Assembly: GCA_965242965.1 (NCBI GenBank)
Contig: OZ251518.1
Location: 1,344,001 to 1,408,000 of the forward strand
Direction: 5' to 3'
Length of the DNA: 64,000 bases
From: Candidatus Poribacteria bacterium
GTDB taxonomy: Bacteria; Poribacteria; WGA-4E; WGA-3G
Each line of letters opens with the position of its first letter. Within the stretch, counting starts at the first letter, position 1. Below are positions 48,232 through 58,425 of this stretch, piece after piece. The notes beneath the pieces were generated by a model. It saw only the letters and a program-made list of their open reading frames with translations. It searched no databases and was not told where the DNA came from. Position numbers and translations under genes: made by a program.

Positions 48232-51126
48232 TTACGATTTCTTCCCACCGTGAATACTCGGCTCACGGCACAGCATCCGCCGTAATAGCGCAAGCCCCTC
48301 ATACACATCAGGACGCGCCGCCGCCGAAATACCGAGCACCTCCGATAACAACAGCCCATCCAACTCCCACCGATTTTCATCGCGCTTGCCATCACTATCC
48401 ATCTCATTAAACGGACGCAACTCCCGATGTTTCAACGCATGGAAAACCCGCTCGGCACTCGCTAAAGCGGCATCGGAGAGCTCGCGGACATCTAGCGTCG
48501 GCATCGAATCAAACGCCGCGCGACTGAGTTCACCCCTCCCCTGCTTTTGCTTACTGCTATGATACCAGTGGCAAAGCAAGCCGAACGTTGAATTGCACCA
48601 CAACGTCCACGCATACTCGTATCTTCCATCGGCGAAATATACGTTAGGAATTAAAGCGATGCCGAGAGCCTTCTCTTCGGTGAACATCACCGCCAATGAA
48701 TTCGCATTGAACGTCATCGCTAGATTATAGTGCACGCGGCTGTTCAGTTTCAAGATGCGCTGCACCTTTTCCGCCATGTTCGGCCGCGGGATAGCGTGAG
48801 CATCAGGTGCAACTACCAGCATTCGCTGCGAGTCTGAATCCAGATGCCACAGTGCCGGATACTGCGCGGTGTCAAGACACCCTTTCACAACGTCAAACGT
48901 GCCTCTGCCGCCACCACCGTATATATCCTTAGGGCCCGTTCCGAGCGTCCCGATTTCGGACGCGGCACAAATCGGAAGGGAGATATCCGAAGTCTGTCGC
49001 GGCAGCCGCAACACACCGTTCGCGAGGTGATACGCTGATTGAACGGCAATCATGTCTTTGACACGCGTGACGGGCCAACCGTTGTTACTTTCAGGTAAGC
49101 GCGCGGTGATAACATGTCCTATCGTCTCATCGCCTAACTTGAGCGGCGTGCCGCCGCCGAGCACATCCTCGTCAAGCCGACGGCTCTCCCGAGGCAGATA
49201 GATTTGCTTTGCAAATTCTTGTGCCTCTAATGCGTCACGCGGACATCTTTCAAGGCAGACGAATGTCGCGCTGCCGCTATTTTCTCCCTTCCCCTTCGTT
49301 GCAACGACGAGACATTCCGCCATTCCCGTATCCGCCGAAAAAGAGCATGCCTCAATTTTCGGATTCGCGATGCTGATGACAAGCACATCGTGATACTCCG
49401 TCGCCCACATTCTGCGCACCTTATACCAACTATCTCCAGCGATGGCTGTCAGTGGTAACACAAACGCCATTTTGCCTTTCGGTTTGAGCATCCTATCTGC
49501 GAGATCGATGAAGTGCGCACCGAGCCCGGTGTTGTTGCCGGAGAGGCGGGATTTCTGGAATGAGAGCGTTTTCCGCATCGCCGCCGCAACTTTTTTGTCG
49601 CCGAAGATATTCTTCGGTATGTTTGCACTCGGGTCTGCACTGCGCGTATAAGGCGGATTTTGGATGACAATATCCATCTCGCCGTGCCGAAAGGCTTGCT
49701 GGAGGTTCGTCGTCTCCATTCCGTGTCCTGTCGCCATCTCTGCAGTGCCTAATGTGAGCGGCAGCGTTCCGCCCGGGTCGCGCAGTAAATTCAGCGCGCC
49801 GATACCGTAGAGCCCATCTTCGCGCGGCGTGCCGTAAGGCATCGTGTGGATGCGCGTGGAGCCGATGCGCGTTTCGGGTTGCGTGCTCGCGGTGATGGCC
49901 GCCGTGAGATGCACCGCATTCAGCAAAATGTCACATCCAACGAGATTCCGTTCCATCATCTGTTGATGGATGTCCGCCGCGTCGCCGCCTGCTTGTTCGT
50001 GCAACATGCGGATGCGTTGATATACGCCGTTGAGGAGAGAACCGGTGCCGCAGGCGAAATCGCCTATCTTCGGGAGGACATCGATATCCTCGTTCAACTC
50101 CGGTAAAACTAGCGCGCAGAGCAGTGCCGAAGATTCGGGGCGCGTGTAGTTCGCCTTGATAATCTTCCGGTTGGTGATGAGTCTTTGGAAGACAATGCCA
50201 GCGAGTTCGTGTTCCTGTGCCAATATCTTCCTCTCCAAATCGCGCGCCGTATTCCGAAGCACGTTTAGCACCTTGCCTACGAGTTTATCATCGGCACTGA
50301 GAATCTGGACGAGTTGATAGGCGACGTTGAAAATTGGCGCGTAGTTTACTTTTTGAATAGTCCGCCACGCTTTTAGCACCTCATCAGAGTCCAATTGCCC
50401 GTAATCGGCGATGAGTTCGCTAAGCGACGGGACATTCTCCAGTGCTGGCGTTCGGCCGAGGTAACTTTGGAAAACGAGCGCGTTGCTAATGATAAGCATC
50501 GCCATCTGGTTCGTCTGTTCGCCCGGTTCCTGCACGAGGAGCTTTCCGATTTTTTCACTGAGTTGGGGCCTTTGCTGGAGCGCGCTGTCAACGATGGCGG
50601 CGGCGCGCCGGATGCCGTGTTCCAAAATCTCGGAGGCTTGCGCTATCTTCGCAATGGGTGTAGCACCGATAGTCATGGCAGTCGCAATATCGGTGATGCT
50701 CCCTGCCAGCCAACCGCTTTCGGGGAAGCGGTGCGGTTCATCAACGTTCAGCAAAATATAGCGGAACGCCTGCGATGCTTCAAGGTTCGCGCGAATTTCG
50801 TCCCGCGGCATCGTCCGGAACTCGTGGGGGATGCGAATCGCGATGGCACCCGCGACCGGCTGCAATGTTGACTGCAGCGTTTTGCCGAGGTAATGCGTGC
50901 GCGCCTGTTCTTCACCGGTTTCGTTCGCGCTTCGTGCGTGATCCATTTTCACCTCAACGGCGAGTGGATATCGTTCGGTGGTTCGGACAATCGCATCCGG
51001 CTTCCTATCATTTTCGACGAGTGGGCTCGGAGTCTGCTCATCAATCTCCCATTTTGAACGCATCGGCGTTAAGATGTCAAGGAACATCGTGGTGATGGTA
51101 TCTTCGCTGTTGCGGTGTTGGTTCAT
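48232..51126 (-). CDS. Fused PD-(D/E)XK nuclease / N6-adenine DNA methyltransferase (type IIG-like RM enzyme)
   Basis: KPDAIV..AVEVK; ANYTRP; motif I GDFACGTG; motif IV QNPPY; GKMAFVLP; C-terminal TRD-like region. Confidence 0.8.
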   Translation of the reverse strand: MNQHRNSEDTITTMFLDILTPMRSKWEIDEQTPSPLVENDRKPDAIVRTTERYPLAVEVKMDHARSANETGEEQARTHYLGKTLQSTLQPVAGAIAIRIPHEFRTMPRDEIRANLEASQAFRYILLNVDEPHRFPESGWLAGSITDIATAMTIGATPIAKIAQASEILEHGIRRAAAIVDSALQQRPQLSEKIGKLLVQEPGEQTNQMAMLIISNALVFQSYLGRTPALENVPSLSELIADYGQLDSDEVLKAWRTIQKVNYAPIFNVAYQLVQILSADDKLVGKVLNVLRNTARDLERKILAQEHELAGIVFQRLITNRKIIKANYTRPESSALLCALVLPELNEDIDVLPKIGDFACGTGSLLNGVYQRIRMLHEQAGGDAADIHQQMMERNLVGCDILLNAVHLTAAITASTQPETRIGSTRIHTMPYGTPREDGLYGIGALNLLRDPGGTLPLTLGTAEMATGHGMETTNLQQAFRHGEMDIVIQNPPYTRSADPSANIPKNIFGDKKVAAAMRKTLSFQKSRLSGNNTGLGAHFIDLADRMLKPKGKMAFVLPLTAIAGDSWYKVRRMWATEYHDVLVISIANPKIEACSFSADTGMAECLVVATKGKGENSGSATFVCLERCPRDALEAQEFAKQIYLPRESRRLDEDVLGGGTPLKLGDETIGHVITARLPESNNGWPVTRVKDMIAVQSAYHLANGVLRLPRQTSDISLPICAASEIGTLGTGPKDIYGGGGRGTFDVVKGCLDTAQYPALWHLDSDSQRMLVVAPDAHAIPRPNMAEKVQRILKLNSRVHYNLAMTFNANSLAVMFTEEKALGIALIPNVYFADGRYEYAWTLWCNSTFGLLCHWYHSSKQKQGRGELSRAAFDSMPTLDVRELSDAALASAERVFHALKHRELRPFNEMDSDGKRDENRWELDGLLLSEVLGISAAARPDVYEGLALLRRMLCREPSIHGGKKS

Positions 51127-51154
51127 GCTATTTTCCTTCTTCGGCAATTATAGT

Positions 51155-51410
51155 GAGGGTGTTTCATATCTCGTTGGCTTCCCCGTAGGCGAGACCTCCC
51201 GGTCTCGATTGCTCCCGGTAGGCGAGACCTCCTGGTCTCGATTGTCCCTCCCGTTCTCGATGTAGTGCGTATCGGGACAAGGATGTCCCTCCTACCTGTC
51301 GCGACAAATACCCGTAGGAGAGACCTCCCGGTCTCGATGTGGGGTGTATCGGGACAAGGATGTCCCTCCTACCCAAATACCTGTAGGCGAGACCTCCCGG
51401 TCTCAATTGC
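51155..51410. repeat. REP-like cluster (families C/D) with terminal motif
   Basis: GAGGGTGTTTCATA at 51155; repeated GTAGG(C/A)GAGACCTCCCGGTCTCG and ATCGGGACAAGGATGTCCCTCCTAC. Confidence 0.9.
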
Positions 51411-51513
51411 TGCCCCCCGGAACTCCACCTACAAAGAGCCGCGCCAAACGAGTGGTAAAAAAACCGCAAACCTGCTATAATCTCTAAAAACCCACCTTCA
51501 GGAGAATCACACT

Positions 51514-52605
51514 ATGAGACAGGTTACGCTTTATCGCGAACCGGGCCGCTTTGCCGGTTGGCCCGCAAACTACGGCATTTGGGCATGGGATAACGAAATC
51601 GTCGTCGGGTTTACCGTCGGCTACCATAAATCGGATGCAGGCTTTCATCGCCGGGACAGAGATAAACCGTTCACTGCGATGCAGGCGCGCAGTCTTGATG
51701 GCGGCGAAACATGGACAGTCGCCGAAACGCCGTGCCGCCTCCCCGGCAAAGGCACACTGTCCGCCGACGAACACGGACAAAACCAGCACAAATCGGAGAC
51801 AGCGGATGCCTATGAATCGCCGCGGCGCGTCAATTTCGCGCACCCCGATTTTGCCATGATGTGCAGTAGAACTGGATTGACAGCTGGCGCACACTCGTGG
51901 TTTTATACATCTACCGACAGGTGCCAAAGTTGGCAGGGCCCGTTTCGGCTGCCCGATTTCGGTTACACCGGCATCGCCGCCCGCACCGATTACCTCGTCT
52001 CCAATGCAGACGAATGCCTGCTTTTCCTCACCGCCGCCAAAGCGAATGGACAAGAAGGCTTGATATTCTGTGCACGCACAGTTGATGGAGGTATCTCCTT
52101 CTCACGGCTCTCCCAAATCGGACAGGAACCGGAAGGGTTCGCCATCATGCCGGCAAGCGTGCGGCTGTCTGAAACACACATTTTGGTGGCGGTTCGGTGC
52201 AGAGGCGGCGGCAACTCACCTGAGAACTGGCACACGCGGGAAAACTGGCTAGATCTTTACGCATCAGATGATAACGGACAGACATGGCACTATAAAAACC
52301 GGCCTGTGGAAAACACCGGCAGCGGCGGAAATCCGCCGACGTTGACGCTGCTGCACGATGGCAGGTTATGTCTGATTTACGGCTATCGTGATGCCCCGTA
52401 CCGCATTTGCGCGAAGTTGAGCGGCGATGCAGGCGAGACCTGGAGCAGTGAAATCGTCTTGCGCGATAACGGGGGAGACCACGACATCGGGTACCCCCGC
52501 ACGGTGCAACGGCCAGATGGCACAATCGTAACAGCCTATTATTTCGATGAGGAGCCAGATGGGGAACGGTTTATTGAGGCGACATTGTGGAAACCTCACC
52601 AATAG
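51514..52605 (+). CDS. Sialidase/BNR (Asp-box) repeat glycoside hydrolase-like protein
   Basis: Asp boxes RSLDGGETW, ASDDNGQTW, LSGDAGETW; DIGYPRTV; SD AGGAG and TGCTATAAT upstream. Confidence 0.8.
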   Translation: MRQVTLYREPGRFAGWPANYGIWAWDNEIVVGFTVGYHKSDAGFHRRDRDKPFTAMQARSLDGGETWTVAETPCRLPGKGTLSADEHGQNQHKSETADAYESPRRVNFAHPDFAMMCSRTGLTAGAHSWFYTSTDRCQSWQGPFRLPDFGYTGIAARTDYLVSNADECLLFLTAAKANGQEGLIFCARTVDGGISFSRLSQIGQEPEGFAIMPASVRLSETHILVAVRCRGGGNSPENWHTRENWLDLYASDDNGQTWHYKNRPVENTGSGGNPPTLTLLHDGRLCLIYGYRDAPYRICAKLSGDAGETWSSEIVLRDNGGDHDIGYPRTVQRPDGTIVTAYYFDEEPDGERFIEATLWKPHQ

Positions 52606-52620
52606 TTGGCACTTTCCGCA

Positions 52621-53649
52621 CTATCTCGCCTTAATCTCTTCCCACGCGCGGTTATAGTGCCGCGTGAAATCGCCCGGGTCCCGCAACCACTCTAGCGATT
52701 CCAACACCTCTTTCGGTGGATAGATGAATTGATGCTCACGTAAAGATTGCGGCAAATGTTCCCTCGCTGTCGGCACACACGTCCCGTATTTCGTGAAGAG
52801 CGTGATTTTCGCATTGATTTCTGGGCGCAGCAAGTAGTTAATAAACTGCGCGGCGAGCCCCGGATGCGGCGCGGCTTTCGGAATGCAGACAGCGTCGATA
52901 AACTGGCTTGAACCTTCTCGCGGAATGACATACCGAATAGTGTTGCGCGTTTCGGCGGCACGGAAAGCATCGCCGCTCCAGCAGTGCGCCATCACCACAT
53001 CGCCAGCGATGAGCAGCTCCTCCGCCTCGCTTTTATACTGCTTCACGAGCGGTTTCTGAGCGATTAGTTTCTCCTTCGCCGCTTGGAGCTCCTTCGCATC
53101 GGTTGTGTTGAGGCTATATCCGAGCAGCTTGAGGGCGGCACCGAGCGTTTCACGCTGGTCATCGAGCATGCTGAACTGATTCGCGTATGTCTCATCCCAG
53201 AGGACGTTCCAACTATCGGGTGCCGGTTGGACGACAGCCGAATCATAGGCGATGCCTGCGGTGCCGAACGTGTAAGGCACGGAATAGCGGTTCTCGGCAT
53301 CGAAGTATTTGCCGAGGAACAGCGGGCTGACGTTCTGAAAATTCGGGATAGCACCCCGGTCTAATTCCGCCAACAGGTTCAACTTGATTAAGATTGATAC
53401 CATGTAATCGGACGGCATGATGACATCGTAGCCGGTGGCACCCGCTTGGAGTTTTGCAAGCAGGTCTTCGTTACTCGCGTAGGTATCGACGATAACGTCA
53501 ACGCCGAATTCCTTTTCAAACCCGTTGCGGATGTCGTCGCTGACATAGCCTGCCCAGGTGAAAATGTTAAGTTGCTCGTTTTTTGCTTCGCCTTGTCCGA
53601 TAGCGAGCGCGATGAAAACGAGCGTTAAGAGTAGATATTTTGTTTTCAT
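52621..53649 (-). CDS. potD: Spermidine/putrescine ABC transporter substrate-binding protein (PotD-like)
   Basis: LNIFTWAGY, YASNEDLLAKL, GYDVIMPSDY, YSVPYTFGTAGIAY, WSGD. Confidence 0.88.
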   Translation of the reverse strand: MKTKYLLLTLVFIALAIGQGEAKNEQLNIFTWAGYVSDDIRNGFEKEFGVDVIVDTYASNEDLLAKLQAGATGYDVIMPSDYMVSILIKLNLLAELDRGAIPNFQNVSPLFLGKYFDAENRYSVPYTFGTAGIAYDSAVVQPAPDSWNVLWDETYANQFSMLDDQRETLGAALKLLGYSLNTTDAKELQAAKEKLIAQKPLVKQYKSEAEELLIAGDVVMAHCWSGDAFRAAETRNTIRYVIPREGSSQFIDAVCIPKAAPHPGLAAQFINYLLRPEINAKITLFTKYGTCVPTAREHLPQSLREHQFIYPPKEVLESLEWLRDPGDFTRHYNRAWEEIKAR

Positions 53650-53866
53650 AGTGTTATCCTATTTCGTGCGGCAAGGCGAGGGACAGGCCCTCGCCCTACG
53701 GTGACAAGGGAGTCATCTGAGGCTGGCGAGGGACAGGCCCTCGCCCTACGGTGAAACGGCGGCGTAGCGCGGGGGCCTGTCCCCCGCGATCGTTGCATGA
53801 CAAGGGAAACCCGCTCGCATGCGCGTGTGGCATCCGAGGGCCCTCGCCCTCCGTATATGAAAAAAA

Positions 53867-54229
53867 CTAATCGGCTGTTTCCGTTGGCAAACCTTCCGCT
53901 TCCCAACCTCGGAAACCGCCGGTGAGCACAGAAACGTTATCGTAGCCCATGATTTTCAAGGTATTCGCCGAGAGCGTGGCGCGGGTGCCGCCGCCGCAGT
54001 AGGTGACAATGTGCGCGTCCTGGTCTGGCGCGACTTCGTCAATATCCAATTCAAGGTAACCGCGCGGTAGCGAGACAGCGTTGGGCAGATGTTCTGCGTC
54101 GTAATCTGCTTCGTCGCGCACATCAATGAGGATGATGGGGTGTTCCGCCTCCGTGAGTTCTTCGGCGGAGATGTGTCCAACGTTCGCTTTCGCTTCGGCG
54201 AGTAGTTGTTGCAGGTTTTTTCCTCGCAT
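53867..54229 (-). CDS. Rhodanese-like sulfurtransferase
   Basis: LIDVRD..HLPNA..YCGGGTRA..LTGGFRGW. Confidence 0.9.
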   Translation of the reverse strand: MRGKNLQQLLAEAKANVGHISAEELTEAEHPIILIDVRDEADYDAEHLPNAVSLPRGYLELDIDEVAPDQDAHIVTYCGGGTRATLSANTLKIMGYDNVSVLTGGFRGWEAEGLPTETAD

Positions 54230-54481
54230 GAAAAGTCCTCCTTGTTATGTTTGCGGTTATTTTAGCAGTATGTGGGGATATGTGTCAAGTTTTTTCTTGT
54301 TCGCAACAGAAAGAAATTCGCCTTTATACCGTAGGGCGAGGGCCTGTCCCTCGCCGTGGCAATTGTCTGAAGCAGGATTTACAAGATTTACAAGATTTAC
54401 AAGATTAGGAGTAGCGCGGCGACAAAAACGCCAAAGACATCCTTGGTCTCATTGGAAATTCTGACTCATACAACAAAAAAC

Positions 54482-54510
54482 TTGACAACATTTGCATTTT
54501 CTGCGATAAT
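54482..54510 (+). promoter_or_regulatory. Sigma70-like promoter for the WD40 gene
   Basis: TTGACA-17 bp-GATAAT with TG extension. Confidence 0.6.
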
Positions 54511-54621
54511 CTTACCAACAGATATGGGACGCGGTGAGCAGGGCGCGGAGAGAACTCCCAGTAGGAGAGACCTCCCGGTCTCGACATCCGCCTAACTGAA
54601 CGCTTTTAAGGAGACATCCCC

Positions 54622-56664
54622 ATGAAAACCACACGTTTTTCCCTCGCGACGCTACTGATTCTTTCCATGCTATTTTTTCTTCCGAGCAGTTTCGCCCAGG
54701 AGTATACTCAATGGGGGTTACCGGAGGGTGCCAAACTGCGCCTCGGCAAAGGCAGCATCGGTGCGGCTCAGTATTCGCCGTATCTGGGCGAAGGTAGCAT
54801 GGATAATATGCAGTATTCGCCGGATGGCAAACTGCTGGCCGTTGCGAGTTCCATCGGCGTGTGGCTCTACGATACAGAAACTTATCAGGAACTCGCCTTG
54901 CTAACAGGACACACCCGTTTAGTCAGCAGTGTCTGTTTTAGCACGGATGGGCGTATTCTCGCGAGTGGCAGTTGGGATGACACCGTCAAACTGTGGGATG
55001 TGGCCACCGGCACCCTTCAACGAACCCTTAATTCATTTGGTTCTGTCACGGGCGTGCATTTCAGCCCGGACGGCCGCACGCTCGCTGTTGAAAGTAGCAG
55101 TGAAGATTCCTGGGGAATTGCGTTGCTGGATGTGAGGACCGGGACTCCGCGCACGTGGCTTGACGGCGACGTTTTGAGCATGGATTTCAGTCCGGACGGG
55201 CAGACGCTCGTCAGTAGCTATGTGGACGATAAAGTTCGTCTGTGGGATGTGGCCACCGGCACCCTTCTACGGACATTCAAAGGACGCACTGACACGAAAT
55301 ATCGCGTGCATGCCAATAGCGTGCGTTTCAGTGCGGATGGAGAAACGTTAGTGAGTGCAGCAAGTCAGACAGAAACGCGTTGGGAGATGAACAAGTCCTA
55401 CCTGATTCGGCAGTGGGATGTGGAGACTGGCGAACCCTTCAAAGAAATCATTGTCGGCACCGACACTGTCTCTAGCGTCTGTTGGAGTGCAGATGGACAG
55501 ACGTTGGCAAGGGGGAACTTGGATGGCACAATTCGGCTGTGGGATGGTGCCACCGGCGAACCCTTCAAAATGCTCATTGCTCACACCGACGCGGTCACTA
55601 GCATGTGTTGGGGTGCGGATGGACAGACGTTGGCGAGTGCGAGTCAGGATGGCACCATTCGACTGTGGGATGTGGAGACCGGTCTCCCGCGCCACACGTT
55701 TACGGGACAGACCTCGCGTGCCTCAAATATGGATTGGAGTTCGGATAAGCAGACGCTCGTCTATAGTAACCACGCAAATGGCAAGGTTTGGCTGTGGGAT
55801 GTGGAGACCGGCATCCCGCGTCCCACGTTCCCCTTCCGCATAGATGAGGAGGGCAGAAGTTTGAGTCTCAGTGCGGATGGGCAGATGCTGGCAATTGCGA
55901 GTGATGACACAACGATTCGGCTGTGGGACGTGGCAACCGACACTCTTCGCTACACGTTGCCCGGGCATACCAGGGATGTATCAAGTCTGTGTTTCAGTAC
56001 GGATGGGCAGATGTTGGCGAGTGGGAGTTGGGACATTCGGTTGTGGGATATCGCCACTGGCGCACCCCTGAGAACGTTTGGCAGACCGACCGGCTATATC
56101 GGGCTTGTCCGTAGCATGGCTTTCAGTCCGGATAGACAGACGCTCGCCAGTGGGCATAGGTTAGACAGTAAGGATTACGTGATTGGGCTGTGGGATGTGA
56201 ACACCGGCACCCTTCGCCACACGCTCACCGGCCATACCGGTGAAATCTCAAGCCTGTGTTTCAGTCCAGATGGCCAGACGTTGGCGAGTGGTAACGGTCT
56301 CAGTTGGTGGACTGAGTTAGGAATAACGGAGCACACGATTCAGTTGTGGGACATCGCAACCGGCGAACACCAAAAAACCTTTACTGGACACGTTGGTTCT
56401 GTCGAAAGCCTGTGTTGGAGTCCGGATGGGCACACCCTGGCAAGTGGCGGTGGACATAGCGGTGGCGAGCCAGGATGGCTGGACTACAAGGTTCGAGTCT
56501 GGGATGTGACCACCGGCGAACTCCAAAAGACGCTCACCGGACACACCGATGAAATCTTGAGCGTCCGTTTTAGTGCAGATGGACAAACGTTAGCGAGTGG
56601 GAGTGAGGATGGCACAGTCCTCTTGTGGGAGATGAACCCGGATGCACTTCCGGAGAAAAAATAG
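54622..56664 (+). CDS. Secreted WD40-repeat protein
   Basis: Signal peptide, QWGLPEGAKLRLGKG N-cap, many FSPDGQTLAS..WD repeats. Confidence 0.9.
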   Translation: MKTTRFSLATLLILSMLFFLPSSFAQEYTQWGLPEGAKLRLGKGSIGAAQYSPYLGEGSMDNMQYSPDGKLLAVASSIGVWLYDTETYQELALLTGHTRLVSSVCFSTDGRILASGSWDDTVKLWDVATGTLQRTLNSFGSVTGVHFSPDGRTLAVESSSEDSWGIALLDVRTGTPRTWLDGDVLSMDFSPDGQTLVSSYVDDKVRLWDVATGTLLRTFKGRTDTKYRVHANSVRFSADGETLVSAASQTETRWEMNKSYLIRQWDVETGEPFKEIIVGTDTVSSVCWSADGQTLARGNLDGTIRLWDGATGEPFKMLIAHTDAVTSMCWGADGQTLASASQDGTIRLWDVETGLPRHTFTGQTSRASNMDWSSDKQTLVYSNHANGKVWLWDVETGIPRPTFPFRIDEEGRSLSLSADGQMLAIASDDTTIRLWDVATDTLRYTLPGHTRDVSSLCFSTDGQMLASGSWDIRLWDIATGAPLRTFGRPTGYIGLVRSMAFSPDRQTLASGHRLDSKDYVIGLWDVNTGTLRHTLTGHTGEISSLCFSPDGQTLASGNGLSWWTELGITEHTIQLWDIATGEHQKTFTGHVGSVESLCWSPDGHTLASGGGHSGGEPGWLDYKVRVWDVTTGELQKTLTGHTDEILSVRFSADGQTLASGSEDGTVLLWEMNPDALPEKK

Positions 56665-56676
56665 AGGGAGAAGAAA

Positions 56677-57111
56677 ATGGAATCACTACAAAAATCAGTG
56701 CAAACGGTCATTGAATCGGGACGAATCGGCAGCCCGGTGTTTCTACGATGCGTCTGTCAAATCACGACTGCGAAGTCACTCCTGCAGCCAGCCGCGGCGG
56801 TGATGGCTCTCGCAAACGGATGGATGCCCGCGGCACCAGAAGGCATATACGCGCAAGGCGACACGGATGCAACGCAACTCACGCTAATGGTGCAATACGC
56901 CGGCGGACAATCGGCGGTGTTGAGCGTCAATCGGACGCAAACATGCACCGAATGCGATGTCATGTTAATCGGCAACAAAGGCGTTATCTATCACGAAACG
57001 CCGACCGGCAGGCACTCTATGAATGCAACGCCGCTCGAAATTGACGACGCAAGGGAATTGACATCTATCATCGCGCAGGCACTTGAAAGCGGACAACCAA
57101 CGCCGCTGTAG
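56677..57111 (+). CDS. Hypothetical protein resembling a stand-alone Gfo/Idh/MocA C-terminal domain
   Basis: IESGRIGSPVFLR start, LIGNKGVI, and IAQALESGQP end; no Rossmann motif. Confidence 0.5.
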   Translation: MESLQKSVQTVIESGRIGSPVFLRCVCQITTAKSLLQPAAAVMALANGWMPAAPEGIYAQGDTDATQLTLMVQYAGGQSAVLSVNRTQTCTECDVMLIGNKGVIYHETPTGRHSMNATPLEIDDARELTSIIAQALESGQPTPL

Positions 57112-57225
57112 GAGAGCCCTTTCGGGCTCAATGCACTCGGTAGGAGAGACCTCCCGGTCTCGATGCATCCGTAGGAGAGACCTCCTGGTCTCGATTAGGA
57201 GCTTGTCCTAGGTGGAGGATTACGC

Positions 57226-58377
57226 ATGGAAAACAACGAAAAATACGGTGTGCTATTACTCGGCGGGCATCGCACACACCAAGAAAACTACGCCCAGAAT
57301 TTCGCGCAAGACGCACGCTGCCAACTCATCGCATTCGCCGATGAACAGGATGCACCGGCGGAACGCATCGCATTAGGAAAATCACTCGCCGAAGAATTGA
57401 ATCTGCCTTTCATCTCTGGCTTAGACGCGGCACTCGCGCGCGAGGATGTGCATATCGTGAGTCTCTGCACGGAAGTGGAACGGCGCGGGCGCGTCGGCGC
57501 GAAGTGTGCTGCGGCAGAGAAACATGTCTACCTCGACAAACCGATGGCACTGAATCCCGACGATGCAAACCTAATTACCGCCGCCGTGAAGCGCAGCGGT
57601 GTCCGGACGCAGATGTTCAGCAATATTCACAGCACTTGGGCGCGAAGTGTGAAACGGGGATTGGATAACGGCGAAATCGGCGAACTGCGCGCAATTCACT
57701 GCGATGTCCTATTCTCCAAAGGGCATCCCGGGAGCGCGCCTGTCGGCAAAAAAAGAATCGAGAAACCGACGGTGGAACGCTATAGTTTTGTTGAGGCGAA
57801 GCGCGAGATGTTTGATGTCGGCGTTTACGCGGTATCCATGGTGAATTGGCTCATACAGAAACCTGTGCGGAACGTCTTCGGCTCAACAGCGAACTACTTT
57901 TTCAAGGAGCATCACGATTGCGATGTTGAGGACTTCGGCGCGCTGATGTTGACGTTAGAAGGCGGCATCACGGCGACGATTGTCGGAGGACGCTATGGCT
58001 GGCAGAGTCATGCACGTGGCGGTGTGCAGAAAGTGCATCTCGTCGGCACAGAGAAGACGTTGACGTTCGATGCAGCGGCGAACCGTTTGGAGGTTTTCGC
58101 CGCTGAACCGGCGTTTGAACCACCTCCGCCGCATCCGCTCGATCCGATGGGGATGTGGAGTAGCACACAATCCGAAATCGGCATGCAACCGAAGCAGATG
58201 TGGAAAGATATCGGTGGTGGTGACGACGGTGCGCGAGAATTCAGCGCGTTTATTGATTGCATTGAAAACGGCGTGGAGAGTGAGATGAACGCCGAGTTCG
58301 CCGCGCAATCGGTTGAAATTATCACGGCGGGGTATCGTTCCGCGGCGAGTGGGGAGGTAGTTGAGATGCCGCAGTAG
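57226..58377 (+). CDS. Gfo/Idh/MocA family oxidoreductase
   Basis: KHVYLDKPMA, GEIGELRAI, DVGVYAV, DVEDFG. Confidence 0.88.
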   Translation: MENNEKYGVLLLGGHRTHQENYAQNFAQDARCQLIAFADEQDAPAERIALGKSLAEELNLPFISGLDAALAREDVHIVSLCTEVERRGRVGAKCAAAEKHVYLDKPMALNPDDANLITAAVKRSGVRTQMFSNIHSTWARSVKRGLDNGEIGELRAIHCDVLFSKGHPGSAPVGKKRIEKPTVERYSFVEAKREMFDVGVYAVSMVNWLIQKPVRNVFGSTANYFFKEHHDCDVEDFGALMLTLEGGITATIVGGRYGWQSHARGGVQKVHLVGTEKTLTFDAAANRLEVFAAEPAFEPPPPHPLDPMGMWSSTQSEIGMQPKQMWKDIGGGDDGAREFSAFIDCIENGVESEMNAEFAAQSVEIITAGYRSAASGEVVEMPQ

Positions 58378-58425
58378 GCGAGACCTCCTGGTCTCGATGC
58401 CTCCCGGTCTCGATTAACTCCTCTC

